Below, piece after piece: positions 24,866 to 34,188 of a stretch of DNA of 35,996 nt. The stretch spans positions 1 to 35,996 of the forward strand of contig CAWULR010000003.1 of assembly GCA_963923845.1 (NCBI GenBank). Direction: 5' to 3'. Under the pieces are notes generated by a model. The model ran no database searches and was not told the DNA's origin. It worked only from the letters and a program-made list of their open reading frames with translations. Source of the stretch: an uncultured bacterium (lineage in GTDB: Bacteria > Chloroflexota > Limnocylindria > Limnocylindrales > Limnocylindraceae). The position numbers and the translations under genes were made by a program. The first letter of the stretch is position 1, and the number at the start of each line of letters is the position of its first letter.

Positions 24866-25218
24866 CGCCACGAGAGCACCCCTTTGCGCCAGGCGTAGCC
24901 GAGGCCGACGAGCAGGACGCCGATGAAGATCGCCATGGAGACCAGCCCCTCGACCAGGAGGGCCTGGAAGTTGAGTGCCCAGATGTAGATGAAGACGATC
25001 TCGACGTCGAAGGCGACGAAGAGGAGGGCATAGAGATAGAAGGAGAGGCCGAAGCGCCCGTGGGTGTCGCCGTAGGTGTCGATGCCCGACTCGTAGGGGA
25101 CCTGCTTGCCGCGGCTCCCTCGCGTGCGGTGGGAGATCAACCAGGCGATGCCGATCGTCAGGAAGACGAAGGAGACACCCGCGCCGGCGAAGCCGAGGAC
25201 GTACCAGAGTCCGTTCAT
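24862..25218 (-). CDS. nuoA: NADH-quinone oxidoreductase subunit A
   Basis: [35 protein letters not shown] Shine-Dalgarno. Confidence 0.97.
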   Translation of the reverse strand: MNGLWYVLGFAGAGVSFVFLTIGIAWLISHRTRGSRGKQVPYESGIDTYGDTHGRFGLSFYLYALLFVAFDVEIVFIYIWALNFQALLVEGLVSMAIFIGVLLVGLGYAWRKGVLSWR

Positions 25219-25287
25219 GCAGCTCCTCTGTTGGACCCCTGTTTCCGTGCTGCGCCCCGTGCGGAACGAAGGGTGGATCCTGCGAAG

Positions 25288-25293
25288 ATTCTA
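25288..25293 (-). promoter_or_regulatory. Candidate -10 element for the nuo operon
   Basis: Minus-strand TAGAAT overlapping the TAG stop of the upstream methyltransferase, about 70 nt before the nuoA ATG. Confidence 0.45.
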
Positions 25294-26472
25294 GACGAGG
25301 GGGCGGTTCGGAGCCGCTGCGCCGGGGAGCGGATTGGCACGATCGGCGATACGCCGTCGCCGCTCGGGAGCACCGCTGGCGAAGAGTTCGACGGCGAAAC
25401 CTCCCATGCCACGTGGATTCATCAGGTGGGCGAGGGCCGACCGCAGGGCGATCGCCCCTTCGAGCGTCGCGTCGGGCCCGCGCCGCACGCGGTCGAGTTC
25501 GCTCTCCAGCCCGGCCCCCGCGATGAACGCCGCCTGGTTCGTCTGGGCCACCGGCTCGAGTCCGGCCGCAGCTGCGGCGCGGCGCAGCGCGGTGAGGTCC
25601 ACATGGGCGGTGAGGTCGCGCTCACCGGGTTCGCTCAGCAGGTCCGCCGTCGCTCGATGACCCTGATAGGCGAGCGCTGTCCCCGCCATCCGGCTCCTCG
25701 CATCGCGGAGCAGCGCGCCATCGCGTCCGTAGTCGATCACCACCACCAGACCGTCGCTCACCCGTGTCGTCACCTCGCGGAACCACGGCTCGATGGCGAA
25801 GCAGGCCTCCGCCAGCTGTCCCTCGGCGAGTGGCGCACCGAAGCGATCGAGGACGCGGCGCGCGCGATCCGAATCGAGTGCTCGTTCGACCCAGATTCGC
25901 GTCGTGCGGTCGTCGGCGAGACCGACGCACCGCTCGGCGAGTCCCGACGGTGCGCCGCTTCGTCCCACGAAGATGTCGAACGGAAGCGCATCGAGGTACT
26001 CGTTGGCGATGACGATGCCCGCGACCGGCGGCGCGCCGTCGGCGACGAGCGACGGCGAACCGCGCTCCTGCACTCTGCCGACGGCGCTGCGCAGCTCGTC
26101 GCTGCGGTGCGCGTTGACGTCGATCGGCTGGATCTCGAGCGCGTCGACGAGCGGCGATCGGTCGCGCCGCAGCTGCGCGATCACCGCGAGCACGAGTGCA
26201 CCGGATCCGGCGCCATACTCGACCCAGCGAAACCGTCGAGGTTCGCCGAGCCGGCGCCACACCTCGGTCGCCAGGCGCGAGAGCGCAGAGCCGAGCAGCG
26301 TGTGCAGCTCGGGCGCCGTGATGAAATCGCCCTCCCGACCTGCGCGCACCTGACGCGTGACGTAGTAGCCGAGACCGGGTTCGGTGAGCGCGCGCTCCAT
26401 GAATCGGGAGAACGAGATCGCTCCGCGCTCCGCGATCTCTGCGTCGATGCGCGCCTCGAGTTCGCTGCTCAT
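25291..26472 (-). CDS. SAM-dependent methyltransferase, MidA/NDUFAF7 family
   Basis: [66 protein letters not shown]. Confidence 0.93.
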   Translation of the reverse strand: MSSELEARIDAEIAERGAISFSRFMERALTEPGLGYYVTRQVRAGREGDFITAPELHTLLGSALSRLATEVWRRLGEPRRFRWVEYGAGSGALVLAVIAQLRRDRSPLVDALEIQPIDVNAHRSDELRSAVGRVQERGSPSLVADGAPPVAGIVIANEYLDALPFDIFVGRSGAPSGLAERCVGLADDRTTRIWVERALDSDRARRVLDRFGAPLAEGQLAEACFAIEPWFREVTTRVSDGLVVVIDYGRDGALLRDARSRMAGTALAYQGHRATADLLSEPGERDLTAHVDLTALRRAAAAAGLEPVAQTNQAAFIAGAGLESELDRVRRGPDATLEGAIALRSALAHLMNPRGMGGFAVELFASGAPERRRRIADRANPLPGAAAPNRPLV

Positions 26473-26488
26473 CGCTCTGGCTCAGCGC

Positions 26489-27892
26489 TCAGCGCCGATA
26501 GTGACGACGACCGGTGAAGACCATCGCCATGCCGTTGCGGTTGGCGATCTCGATCGCGGCGGCGTCTCGCCGCGACCCGCCGGGTTGCACGACCGCGGTG
26601 ATGCCGGCCGCTGCTGCGGCGCTGATCCCCTCGGCGAACGGGAAGTAGGCGTCGCTCGCGAGGACCGCGCCGCGCGCTCGATCGCCTGCGCGCTGCAGCG
26701 CGATCTCCACGGCGACGCGTCGGTTCACCTGCGCCGCGCCGATGCCGAGCGTCGCCGCACCGCGCGCGACGACGATCGCATTCGAGCGGACGTGACGCAC
26801 CGTGCGCCAGGCGAAGAGAAGGTCGGTCAGCTCCTCGAGCGTCGGTCGACGATCGGTCACCACGCGAAGTTCGCTGCGCTCGATCGCTCCGTGATCCGGT
26901 GTCTGCAGCAACACTGCTGGGCCGAGACCGATGATGTCGAGCGTCGACGGATGCGCTGCGGCGTAGATGAGCACGCGGAGATCGGCGCGGGCTCCGAGCG
27001 CGCGTGCCGCCGCCTCGTCGGCGACACCAGGCGCGATCACGGCCTCGTAGCTACCGTTCGCGATCTCGGCGGCTGCGGCCTGGTCGATCGGCGTGTTCAG
27101 CGCGATGATCGCTCCGGACGTCGCGACGCTGTCGGTCTCCAGCGCTCGGCGCAGTGCGCCGAGCGGCGTCTCTGCCGTCGCCACGCCGATCGGATCGGTG
27201 TGGCGCACGAGCGCGACGCTCGGGATCGGAAGATCGGCGACGAGTCGTGCGCCGGCATCCAGGTCGAGCAGGTCGTTCAGCGTCGGCTCGGTGCCCTGGA
27301 CAAGTTGGGCGCCGAGCGGACCGGCGGTCGACTGTTCGCTGCGGCGATACGCCGCCGCCTCTTGATGTGGATTCTCGCCGTGCGCGAAGGTGCGCATCCG
27401 TTCGAGGAGGATGACCTCGCGTTCCGGCAGCCGCTCGTGTCCGCGAGCGACCGGCGCGAGCGCCGCGGCGACCGCGAAGGCCGCGCGTTGGACCAGGCGA
27501 TCGTGTGTCGGGCCGTCGAGGGCGCGACTCGGCTCGCCTCCGGAGCGTGCTCGAGAGAGCGCGCCGATCAGGTCTCCCGCATCGGCCGGATCGACCACGA
27601 TCAACGGGGTTTGCGAACCGAGGCCGAGCGCGCGAGCCACCGCGGCGAGCGGTTCTCGTCCGTCGCCGGACTCGAGCGGGGCGATCAGCAGATCACCCGT
27701 CGTCATGCTGCGAACGGCGGCGTCGAGTGCGGCCGCGTCCAGCGTGGCGTGAGGGAGGCCCTCGCGAGCAAGCTCCTCGCCGAGCGGCTCGTGCGCGAGG
27801 ATCTCCGCACCGAGCGTGCGCAGCGTGGCGAGCGTCGGCACCAAGCGCGCGATCGCAGGCGCTGCTGGCGAGGCGACGAGGAGGACCCGCAT
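26489..27892 (-). CDS. purH: PurH-like protein (AICAR transformylase fold, degenerate IMP cyclohydrolase domain)
   Basis: GENPHQ, SNAIV, ASDAYFPF, QPGGS.RD, MVFTGRRH. ATG at 27892 is preceded by a leaderless-type -10. Confidence 0.75.
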   Translation of the reverse strand: MRVLLVASPAAPAIARLVPTLATLRTLGAEILAHEPLGEELAREGLPHATLDAAALDAAVRSMTTGDLLIAPLESGDGREPLAAVARALGLGSQTPLIVVDPADAGDLIGALSRARSGGEPSRALDGPTHDRLVQRAAFAVAAALAPVARGHERLPEREVILLERMRTFAHGENPHQEAAAYRRSEQSTAGPLGAQLVQGTEPTLNDLLDLDAGARLVADLPIPSVALVRHTDPIGVATAETPLGALRRALETDSVATSGAIIALNTPIDQAAAAEIANGSYEAVIAPGVADEAAARALGARADLRVLIYAAAHPSTLDIIGLGPAVLLQTPDHGAIERSELRVVTDRRPTLEELTDLLFAWRTVRHVRSNAIVVARGAATLGIGAAQVNRRVAVEIALQRAGDRARGAVLASDAYFPFAEGISAAAAAGITAVVQPGGSRRDAAAIEIANRNGMAMVFTGRRHYRR

Positions 27893-27964
27893 GGGGGCGA
27901 TGATGGCATACTCGTACGGCGGATCGACCATCTGTCGGGTCGATGTGAATCGTGAGGTAGCGCA

Positions 27965-28393
27965 ATGGCACAGTGGCCCTGGGAGTATCTCTTCGTCGCA
28001 CTCAATGCGCGACTCGGCACCTTCTACACGCCGTTCTGGGTCGTCAACCTCGCGCTCTTCATCGCGACGATCGTCGCCTACTCCGTCGCCACTCGCGGCT
28101 CGCGCGCCAAGGGAGTCCTCGGCGATGAGTGGGAGTACCTCCTCTGGATCGGCGTCTCCACCTTCGGCCTCAACCTTGTCTACGCCGCATTCCAGTGGTA
28201 CGGCATCTTCCCGATCGTCACGACGCTGGTCGGCTTCTACCTCTTCCGCGACACCGTCGTCCACCGCTTCCCGCCGCAGTTCGCCGGCGAGGCTGCGCAC
28301 GAGGCGATGCTGCGTACGCGTCGTCAGGTGAGCGACGGCGTCGAAGCGACGATCAAGCGAGCGAACCGCCGCGGCGGCAGCAAGCGGCGCTGA
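27965..28393 (+). CDS. Small membrane protein of unknown function (about 3 TM helices, basic tail)
   Basis: GAGGT Shine-Dalgarno, clean GC3-biased codons, aromatic-rich hydrophobic segments. Confidence 0.8.
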   Translation: MAQWPWEYLFVALNARLGTFYTPFWVVNLALFIATIVAYSVATRGSRAKGVLGDEWEYLLWIGVSTFGLNLVYAAFQWYGIFPIVTTLVGFYLFRDTVVHRFPPQFAGEAAHEAMLRTRRQVSDGVEATIKRANRRGGSKRR

Positions 28394-28403
28394 GCTTCGC
28401 GCG

Positions 28404-28757
28404 GTGGAGATCCGCCGCTTCGGTCCCGGCAGTCGCCGTCCAGAGCGCGAAGCCGGCGCGATCGGCGTCACAAGCGCCCTGCTCCACTCCGGCGGCAGCG
28501 CGCACATCACGGAGATCGCACTGACCGAGCGCGCCGCACTCGGGCCGATCCGCAGTCCGAACGACGGCCTGCTCATCGTCATCGAAGGCGGTGGGTGGCT
28601 CGCACTCGCGGATGAACGTCAACGCGTAGCCAGCGGAGAGGCGGTGGCGCTCCCGGCCGGCGTGGAGCGACTCTTGGCGACGGATGGTGTACCGCTACGC
28701 GCGATCCTGGTCGAGTTCGCCTCTGCGCGCGCGCTCGAGCAGGGCGCGGGTGGCTAG
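28404..28757 (+). CDS. Cupin-fold protein
   Basis: GLLIVIEGGGWL....RVASGEAVALPAGVER cupin pattern. The metal-binding His residues appear absent. Confidence 0.7.
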   Translation: MEIRRFGPGSRRPEREAGAIGVTSALLHSGGSAHITEIALTERAALGPIRSPNDGLLIVIEGGGWLALADERQRVASGEAVALPAGVERLLATDGVPLRAILVEFASARALEQGAGG

Positions 28758-31700
28758 CGCCGCGATCGCAAGGAGCCCGAACACGACGAGCACTCCGTCG
28801 CCTGTTGCAACCGCCTCACCCGGCTTCTCGAGTGTCACGCCGAACTGGAACGCCCAGGTCCACGTCGGAAGGATTCCCTGATAGACGTTGTGGATGCCCG
28901 TCGGCAACGGAAGTCCCGCCCAGTTCGGATACCAGACAACCGCAACGGCGACGATGGCAGCGAGCGACCAGCGGAAGATCCGTTGCGGGTCTGCGATCCG
29001 TTGGATCGACCAGGCCGCGTACGCCGCCGGAATCAACAGCGCGGCGCCGATGATCGGTCCAGGCGTTGCAAAGCCGCTCGCGGTGCACACCTCGCTTCCG
29101 GCGTAGACATCCACGACACCGGCGAGCGAACAGAGCGGACCGACAAGCGCCCAGAGCAGCGGCGCAGCGACGAGAAGCGCGCCGAGACCGACGCGCGCAC
29201 AGCGTGCCGCGACCGCATCGCCACGGCGCACGTCGGCAAGCAGGAGTCCGAGCGAGACGAGCGCAACCTGCGATGACGGGAAGTAGTGGTACTGGAATGC
29301 TGCGCGATCGATGCGCGCCCACGGCAACCAGAGCGCGAAGTAGAGCACGAGCACGATCGCGAGCCCGATGCTCCGCTGTCTCCATGCCTGAAACGCGATC
29401 CATCCGGTCCCGGCGACTCCGAGGATCCGCGACGCGACGTTTCCGCCGTCGTACACGGCGCCCGTCCACGATCCGAGCGCTGCGTAGCTCTCTTGCGAGA
29501 ACCAGACGGGCTTGAGGTCGAACGGCCACGCCCACCACGGCGAGCTCGCGGCGTGCGCGACGCGAAGCGTGTCGTGATAGCGATACATCGACGCGGTGAG
29601 GTCGACGAGCGTCTGACCGGTGTTGCCGGGAGGCCATCCGGGAACGATCTGGTTTCCGAGCGCCGCCCAGGGGAGGTAGCTCGCGACATAGACACCGAGC
29701 GGGATCGCGACGAGGGCGAGCCCGACCAGGAGTGCCTCTCGGCTCCATGTCGCCAGGCGCACTCCGGCGCGAGGCGACAGATCGGCGCGGGTGACCAGGC
29801 CGGCGCGCCAGGCCGCCGCCGTCGCGCCGATCACGGTCGCGAGCGCCACCAAGAGGAAGGGGAGGTTCGGGATCCGCGTGCTCTCGGCAGAGCGAGCGAG
29901 TGCGGGAGGAACGAGGAGTGCGCCGAGCACCACGAGTCCGCCGACCAGGAGCGTGCGCCCGACGGCGCTTCGCGACAGCCACGCTGCGCCGAGGGCTCCG
30001 ACGCCGTACACCGCCACCCACTTGCTCGCCAACGCGGCGCCGAGTGTGGTTCCGGCGGCAAGGAGGAGCAGCGCACGCCCGCCGGCAGAGGGCACTCGGC
30101 CTTGGAGCCACGCAACGAATGCACAGCTGCCGGCGAGGAGGGCGGCGAGGAGATAGACGTCGTTCATCGCAACTCTGCTCTGCACGAACCCGGCGCCGTC
30201 GAGAAGCGCAAGGACGCCGACGAGCGCCGCCACATCGCGTCGCTCGGTGAGGAGTCGTGCAAGCAGCACGAGGAGCGCGGCTGCGATCGCACCGGCGACG
30301 ACTCCGGGCCAGCGCCAACCACCCGTCAGGCTGCCGACGTCGACCTGCACGATCGCTCCGTCTGGCCACGCGACGAGCAGCTCACCGCGACCACCACCTG
30401 GGAGCCCAGGGGAGGCGTCGAGCGCAGCTCCCGCAATCTCAGCGCTCGCCGGTCCACCCGCAGGATCGCTACCCAACGACACGTCGGAGAATCGTGCGTT
30501 GCCGTTCGGTTCGACGCTCCAAAGAGCAGTGCCGTGCTCGCCTGGCGCGACAACGTGCACCATCCGCGTTGCGTCGTTGGCCACGATGGCCGTCGCGCCC
30601 GGAAGCGCGACTCTCGCCGATTCGTCTGCGGCACCGCTGCTGCGCACCGTGTAGACCACGACCTCGTCGGCGGTGGCGGCGTAGATCCGCGGTGCGTCGA
30701 ACCAGTTCACCGCCTCGAGGCTCGTGACGCCGCCCGGTCGAGCACTGGTGACTGCGCCGCTCAGGTCGGCCGCGCTCATGGTCGTGATGCCGTCCGCGCC
30801 GGACGCGACGACGCGGTCGGTTCCGTCGACGCGCACCACGACCAGATCGGCGACGCCGCGCACCGTCGACTCTGCTTCGACAACACCGCCGCTGATTCGA
30901 GCAACCCGATCTCCGGCCGCAACGAACAGGCTCGTCCCGTACGGCGCGATGGCCACTGCGTCTTCAGCGACGCCAGACCACCGTTCGATCTGCCCCGCGG
31001 CTCCGCTCTCCGCGCCGTCGTCGGTTGCGTGGAAGACATCTCCTCCCGCTGTGACACCCCAGAGCGAACCGTCGTCGGCGGCGGCAAGATGCGTCGCCGC
31101 CGGCATGTCGATGGCACCGACGATCGCACGCGTTTCGGCGCGCACGATCTCCACGCGCGCTGCGGTCGCGATCCAGATCAGTGCGTCGCCGTTCGCCCGA
31201 TCGGGTCGCGACGCGATTGCGGAGATCGCGGAACCGAACCTGCTCGTTCCGTCGACACGCGGCGCGCCGATGAGCTCGAGGCCGGCGGCAATCGCATACT
31301 TGGCGAGGTGCGGGTGCGTGTATTCGTAGATCGCGTGCGGTTCCGAGTATCTCCAGAACTGCATGAACTCCGTTGCGGTGCGCACGTGATAGACCTCGTC
31401 GAACTCGAATCGCGCGGGTTCGCCGACGCGCCACCCGCGCAGCGAAAGGGCGGTCACGGCGACGACGACGATCATCCAGAGGTCGACGCGGTTGAGCGTG
31501 GCTCTCGGGGCGGGGCGGGGAGTCGGCGAACGGTGTGCGATCCGGGTGGCAGCCGAGGTCAGCGGTTCTCCGCGCGGCGCGCTGAGACGGAGCAGCAGCC
31601 AGCCGCTCGCCGCGAGTGCACACAGCGAGAGTGCGGCCACGAGCACGATCGCCGCCGGAGTATGGAGCGCGTCGGCGATCGGTCCGAGATCGGGCAGCCC

Positions 31701-32858
31701 GGGATTCTTCAGGTAGTCGAGTGTCAGCGCTCCCCAGCTGTTCAGCACGAAGGCGGACGCGACGGCGGCTGCGACGACCCGCCACTTCGGCAGCGCTGCG
31801 GCGAGCGCGAGCGTGAGCGGAATCGCCGGATACAGGTACCGCTCGTGGACGCGTGTCGGCAACACGAAGAAGGCGATCGCGAGGAAGGCAAGCGCGGCGA
31901 CGGTCGTCGCCGAGGTGTCCCTTCGCGCCGCCCACAGCGAGACGATCAGTGCGCCGAGCAAGAGAGCAGCGCCGAAGAAGATGGCAGGAGGACCTTCTGG
32001 GATGAGCGGCGCAAGATCGCTCCCCCAGGTGCCGTTGAGGAGGAGGCCGCTCCCGTCCGTGCTGGCGAGCGCCCACGGATTCCAGGCGTTGACGCTCAGG
32101 TACGGGTAGTTTCCCGCCGCCTCCCCGACCTTGCCGAACACGTCGAGCACGGTGAGCCCGAACGGGAAGGCGGCAAGCGACACGACCGCGGTGCCGACGA
32201 GTCCCGCCAACACCGCGCCCCACGGATCGCCCGCGCGTCGCGCGCGGACGAGCGCGATGACCGCCACGAGCGGGACCACGATGCCGAACTGCGGCTTCAC
32301 CACCGCGGCCAGTGCGGCCAGTGCCGACGCGCGCAGCGTCCGGCCGCGCACCAACTCGGACGTGGCGAACAGCAGCAGTGCGGTGCCAACGGCGTCGACC
32401 TGCCCCCACACCGCCGAGATGATCCAGATGATCGGCGTGAAGGCAAGGAGGAGCGCGACGACGCGCTGCGCGCGAACCGAAGCGCCGAGATCGGCGGCGA
32501 GTCGTGCGCTTGCCACGATGACGAGTGCGTCGGCGACGATCGCCGGCAGCTTCACCAACGACCCAGGGTCGGCGTTCGATGTCACCGCCGCGGCGACGGC
32601 GCCGAGCGGCCAGAGGATCCACAGATACCCCGGCAGGTAGTCGAGAAAGTAGCCGCGTGCGTAGACTCCCCACGGCCCGTTCGCGCCGAGGTCCGCAGAC
32701 CAGCTGCGGAACGCGTTGAGATCCGCCGCGAATCCTGCGTCGGACGGCAGAAGCACGTATGCGATGATGAGCCGAAGCGTGACGGCGCAGGTGGCGATGA
32801 GCGCGATGCTCGCGACGGCGGGCCAGTCGTTCGACAGTCTCCCCTTGGCGGCGCTCAT
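28695..32858 (-). CDS. Fused GT-C glycosyltransferases: N-terminal Gpi18/GT87-like mannosyltransferase plus PMT (GT39)-type protein O-mannosyltransferase with a large soluble insert
   Basis: N-part DYLPGY, KLPAIVAD, WGQVD, KPQ, VNAWNPW, RVHERYLYP. C-part FDEVYH, EYTHPHLAK, GWR, QSRVAMND, ASKW, YHDTL..HAASSPWWAWP...KPVW, FQYHYFP. Confidence 0.85.
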   Translation of the reverse strand: MSAAKGRLSNDWPAVASIALIATCAVTLRLIIAYVLLPSDAGFAADLNAFRSWSADLGANGPWGVYARGYFLDYLPGYLWILWPLGAVAAAVTSNADPGSLVKLPAIVADALVIVASARLAADLGASVRAQRVVALLLAFTPIIWIISAVWGQVDAVGTALLLFATSELVRGRTLRASALAALAAVVKPQFGIVVPLVAVIALVRARRAGDPWGAVLAGLVGTAVVSLAAFPFGLTVLDVFGKVGEAAGNYPYLSVNAWNPWALASTDGSGLLLNGTWGSDLAPLIPEGPPAIFFGAALLLGALIVSLWAARRDTSATTVAALAFLAIAFFVLPTRVHERYLYPAIPLTLALAAALPKWRVVAAAVASAFVLNSWGALTLDYLKNPGLPDLGPIADALHTPAAIVLVAALSLCALAASGWLLLRLSAPRGEPLTSAATRIAHRSPTPRPAPRATLNRVDLWMIVVVAVTALSLRGWRVGEPARFEFDEVYHVRTATEFMQFWRYSEPHAIYEYTHPHLAKYAIAAGLELIGAPRVDGTSRFGSAISAIASRPDRANGDALIWIATAARVEIVRAETRAIVGAIDMPAATHLAAADDGSLWGVTAGGDVFHATDDGAESGAAGQIERWSGVAEDAVAIAPYGTSLFVAAGDRVARISGGVVEAESTVRGVADLVVVRVDGTDRVVASGADGITTMSAADLSGAVTSARPGGVTSLEAVNWFDAPRIYAATADEVVVYTVRSSGAADESARVALPGATAIVANDATRMVHVVAPGEHGTALWSVEPNGNARFSDVSLGSDPAGGPASAEIAGAALDASPGLPGGGRGELLVAWPDGAIVQVDVGSLTGGWRWPGVVAGAIAAALLVLLARLLTERRDVAALVGVLALLDGAGFVQSRVAMNDVYLLAALLAGSCAFVAWLQGRVPSAGGRALLLLAAGTTLGAALASKWVAVYGVGALGAAWLSRSAVGRTLLVGGLVVLGALLVPPALARSAESTRIPNLPFLLVALATVIGATAAAWRAGLVTRADLSPRAGVRLATWSREALLVGLALVAIPLGVYVASYLPWAALGNQIVPGWPPGNTGQTLVDLTASMYRYHDTLRVAHAASSPWWAWPFDLKPVWFSQESYAALGSWTGAVYDGGNVASRILGVAGTGWIAFQAWRQRSIGLAIVLVLYFALWLPWARIDRAAFQYHYFPSSQVALVSLGLLLADVRRGDAVAARCARVGLGALLVAAPLLWALVGPLCSLAGVVDVYAGSEVCTASGFATPGPIIGAALLIPAAYAAWSIQRIADPQRIFRWSLAAIVAVAVVWYPNWAGLPLPTGIHNVYQGILPTWTWAFQFGVTLEKPGEAVATGDGVLVVFGLLAIAALATRALLERARRGELDQDRA

Positions 32859-32864
32859 GACGTG

Positions 32865-32870
32865 AGTGTA
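32865..32870 (-). promoter_or_regulatory. -10 element of a leaderless promoter for the GT-C fusion gene
   Basis: Minus strand reads TACACT-CACGTC-ATG. Confidence 0.6.
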
Positions 32871-32886
32871 GCCGCGGAGGAAGGGT

Positions 32887-33636
32887 GTGCCGATACTGAT
32901 CGACGAACTCTCGCTCTTCTTTCCGTGTCACAACGAAGAGAAGAACCTCGCTGCTCTCGTGGACGAAGCGCTCGATGCGCTGCCAGCGCTTGCCGCTCGC
33001 TTCGAGGTGATCATCGTGGACGATGGGTCGACCGACGGAACCGCGACGCTTGCCGAACGTCTCGTCGCTGCGCACCCCGACACGATTCGCCTGGTGCGAC
33101 ATCAGGTGAACCGCGGATACGGCGGGGCGCTTCGCAGCGGCTTCGCAGCGGCGCGCATGGGCCACATCGCCTTCACCGATGGCGACCGTCAATTCCGCGT
33201 GGCCGACCTCTCCCGACTCTTGGAGGCGTCGCGTCGGCTCGGCGCTCCGGTGACCGTTGGATTCAGAGCGCACCGTGCCGATCCGCTCCTTCGACGGATC
33301 TATGCCGGACTGTATCGGCTGGCGAATCGAGTCTGGTTCTCCCTGGACGTCCGCGATGTGGACTGTGCGATGAAGCTGTTCGAGCGGCGTGCGCTGGTCG
33401 GAGTCGCCGTTGCGTCAGACGGCGCGTTCTTCTCCGCCGAGCTCTTGATCAAGCTGCGGGCGAGCGGTATGTCGATCAGCGAGGTCGGCGTGCCGCACTA
33501 TCCGCGGGTCGCCGGTTCGGCGACCGGTGCGCGCGTCGGCGTCGTGGTTCGGGCGATTCGCGACTTCTGGTCGCTCCGCGTTGCGCTCTGGCGCGATCGC
33601 GAGGCTGCCCTTCGCCGCGGCGCCACGCTCCTCTAG
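32887..33636 (+). CDS. GT2 glycosyltransferase, polyprenol-phosphate sugar synthase (Ppm1/DPM1/GtrB-like)
   Basis: LSLFFPCHNEE, IIVDDGSTDGT, NRGYGGALRSG, FTDGDRQF, DVDCAMKL, EVGVPHYPR..G. GGAGG Shine-Dalgarno. Confidence 0.9.
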   Translation: MPILIDELSLFFPCHNEEKNLAALVDEALDALPALAARFEVIIVDDGSTDGTATLAERLVAAHPDTIRLVRHQVNRGYGGALRSGFAAARMGHIAFTDGDRQFRVADLSRLLEASRRLGAPVTVGFRAHRADPLLRRIYAGLYRLANRVWFSLDVRDVDCAMKLFERRALVGVAVASDGAFFSAELLIKLRASGMSISEVGVPHYPRVAGSATGARVGVVVRAIRDFWSLRVALWRDREAALRRGATLL

Positions 33637-33640
33637 GCGC

Positions 33641-34126
33641 TCAGGTCGGGCTGCCCTCGTCTCCGTCGAGCGAGTTGACGAAGTCCCGGAAGAGCGAGAG
33701 CCGCTCCTCTTCCGCCGCCTCGGGAACGATGCCTTCCGACGCCAGCAGGTCGAGCGAGATGAAGATCGGGGCGTTGGCCCGCAGGGCGAGGGCAACGGCA
33801 TCGCTCGGCCGTGCGTCGAGCTCCTGCACCGAGCCCCCTGTTGTCGCAACCAGCATGCGGGCGCGAAAGGTCTCGTCGCGGAGCTCGATGATGCGCACCT
33901 CGCGCAGTTCGGCGCCGAGCGCGCTCATCATCGACGTCGCGATGTCATGGGTGAGCGGTCGCTCCGGCCGAACCCCTTGGAGGTGGAGCGCAATCGCGTT
34001 CGCCTCGTTCGGCCCGATCGGAATCGGCAGATACCGCCGCTCTTCCGCGTCGCGGAGGAGCAGGATATGCGTCCCAGAGAGCATCTGGATGCGAACTCCT
34101 TCGACTGTTGCGCGCCGTAGATCCAT
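33641..34126 (-). CDS. Bifunctional nuclease domain protein (DUF151)
   Basis: RYLPIPIGPNEANAI...RPLTHD, DARPSDAVALALR, FRDFVNSL. ATG at 34126. Confidence 0.92.
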   Translation of the reverse strand: MDLRRATVEGVRIQMLSGTHILLLRDAEERRYLPIPIGPNEANAIALHLQGVRPERPLTHDIATSMMSALGAELREVRIIELRDETFRARMLVATTGGSVQELDARPSDAVALALRANAPIFISLDLLASEGIVPEAAEEERLSLFRDFVNSLDGDEGSPT

Positions 34127-34148
34127 CGTCGGATGATCGCACCCTTCT

Positions 34149-34181
34149 CCGCCGCGTGCCTCTCGGGAGGCGCGGTGGCGG
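34149..34181 (-). terminator. GC-rich hairpin after the last gene
   Basis: CCGCC...GCCTC-TCGG-GAGGC...GGCGG imperfect stem-loop 7 nt past the stop at 34189; no U-tract. Confidence 0.35.
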
Positions 34182-34188
34182 GAGTCTC

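Noticed and set aside
30321-31265. Intein in the PMT domain
   Set aside because: No Cys/Ser start, no His-Asn end and no LAGLIDADG motifs.
29286-34136. 1616-aa plus-strand ORF, and other long Arg/Ala-rich alternative-frame ORFs (e.g. 17182..19386, 24523..26517)
   Set aside because: Stop-poor antisense or off-frame products of GC3 bias that overlap well-supported genes.
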